Shown here in pieces: positions 62,893-64,000 of a DNA stretch of 64,000 nucleotides. A program made the position numbers and the translations under genes. The stretch comes from Squalus acanthias. Lineage: Eukaryota. The stretch spans positions 147,500,001 through 147,564,000 of the forward strand of contig CM059432.1 of the NCBI GenBank assembly GCA_030390025.1, in the 5' to 3' direction. Under the pieces are notes generated by a model. That model saw nothing but the letters and a program-made list of their open reading frames with translations. It did no database searches and had not been told where the DNA came from. The number at the start of each line of letters is the position of its first letter. The stretch's first letter is position 1.

Positions 62893-64000
62893 ATGGGTGG
62901 AGAGAGCGCGCACCAAGGTTCCCTGATGCAGCCCTAGAGGCCTTGGTGCAGGAGGTGGAAAGAAGAGAGGTCCTATTCTCACAAGGGGACAGGAAGCCCT
63001 CCAGGCAAACTCGAAAACGACAATGGGAGCAGATAGCCGTTGCTGTCAATGCCAGCAGTGTCGCCCCGAGGACCTGGCTGCAGTGCAGGAAGAAGTTTAA
63101 TGACATCATACGAGTGGTCAAGGTGAGTGAATTCGTCTTCAAATGCCGTATCCCACCATCTGCACCACTAGCCTCATACACTGCTCAATGCACCAACACC
63201 CCCATCACTCACCTACCAACAATCACCACTATTCAACTATGGCAGGAACATCACCCAAACACCGCACTCACTGACACACTTCCCTTTCTTCTGCAGAATA
63301 AGGTGGCTCACAATCGGAGCCAGCGGGGGCTAGCCGAAGGGGCATAGGCGCGCCTGCATAATCTCACCCCCATGGAGGAGACGGTGCAGCTGGCCATTCT
63401 TGGCAGGGCAATCGCTGAGCCTATGGCCAGCGGCAGACCTGAAGCTATCCAAGATGACGATATCCTCATACTTAATCCTTATTCTCACATCCCTCTAGCC
63501 CCTCAGCCCATTACCTCTTCTGACTTCCAAGCTGCAGATGGTGTAAGCATGCACCTCTTGCTTTCACCCCCCCCCCCACCCCCGCCACCCCCCACCCCTG
63601 CTCAGACTGCTGCCATCGTGGCTGCGTTTACCAGTGTGGAAAGGGTCTTGCAGGGTGTCACAGCAGGCCAACAATCTGTCCTCTAACAGATTATTAGGAA
63701 TGCTAAGGTACCTCTCCCGGGAGAGAGGCAGTGGCTCCGTGGAGCACGAACACGCTGTCCTCTCTCAGGATGACAGCATTCCTGCTCCCACCACTGCCTC
63801 TCCGCCAGTGCCCTTGCTATTTCCTGTCAGCCAGTCAGCCCAGGCTGCTGCCGCCCATGCCAAGGTGGTGCAGTCTACAGCCGGGCCTTCTAGGCCCAGA
63901 GCTGCTCGAGGTCATCCTGCAAGGCCATCTGCAGTCTCCTCCACTGAAAGTCAGCAGCCTTCCACCAGCCATGGTGCAGTCACGGGGGGAGCACTTCATA
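62893..64000 (+). pseudogene. Harbinger Myb/SANT gene remnant
   Basis: RAPRFPDAALEALVQEVE..WEQIAVAVNA..RTWLQCRKKFNDI; donor after 63122, acceptor before 63297. Confidence 0.88.

Overview
Repeat-dense vertebrate genomic DNA, most likely from a cartilaginous fish (inferred from the Deu-domain SINE and the CR1/L2/Penelope/Harbinger mix). It looks like intronic sequence of a large + strand gene: five short candidate exons were found, but the gene could not be identified. Content: many CR1, L2 and RTE-X-like LINE fragments; about 11 PIF/Harbinger elements or MITEs, most with GG-starting TIRs and 3-bp TSDs, some with DDE transposase and spliced Myb/SANT remnants; a 1.28-kb solo LTR; two minisatellites; and two Penelope-like (PLE) families. 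The most notable non-coding signal is seven minimal hammerhead ribozyme motifs in the PLE termini. Four PLE insertions share one geometry: two outward-facing 3' ends, one with and one without a 33-40 nt tail. All three TSD-bounded family A insertions have a 14-bp TSD. No CRISPR array, rRNA or true tRNA gene was found. Family names come from motif recognition, not database searches, and LINE boundaries are approximate.
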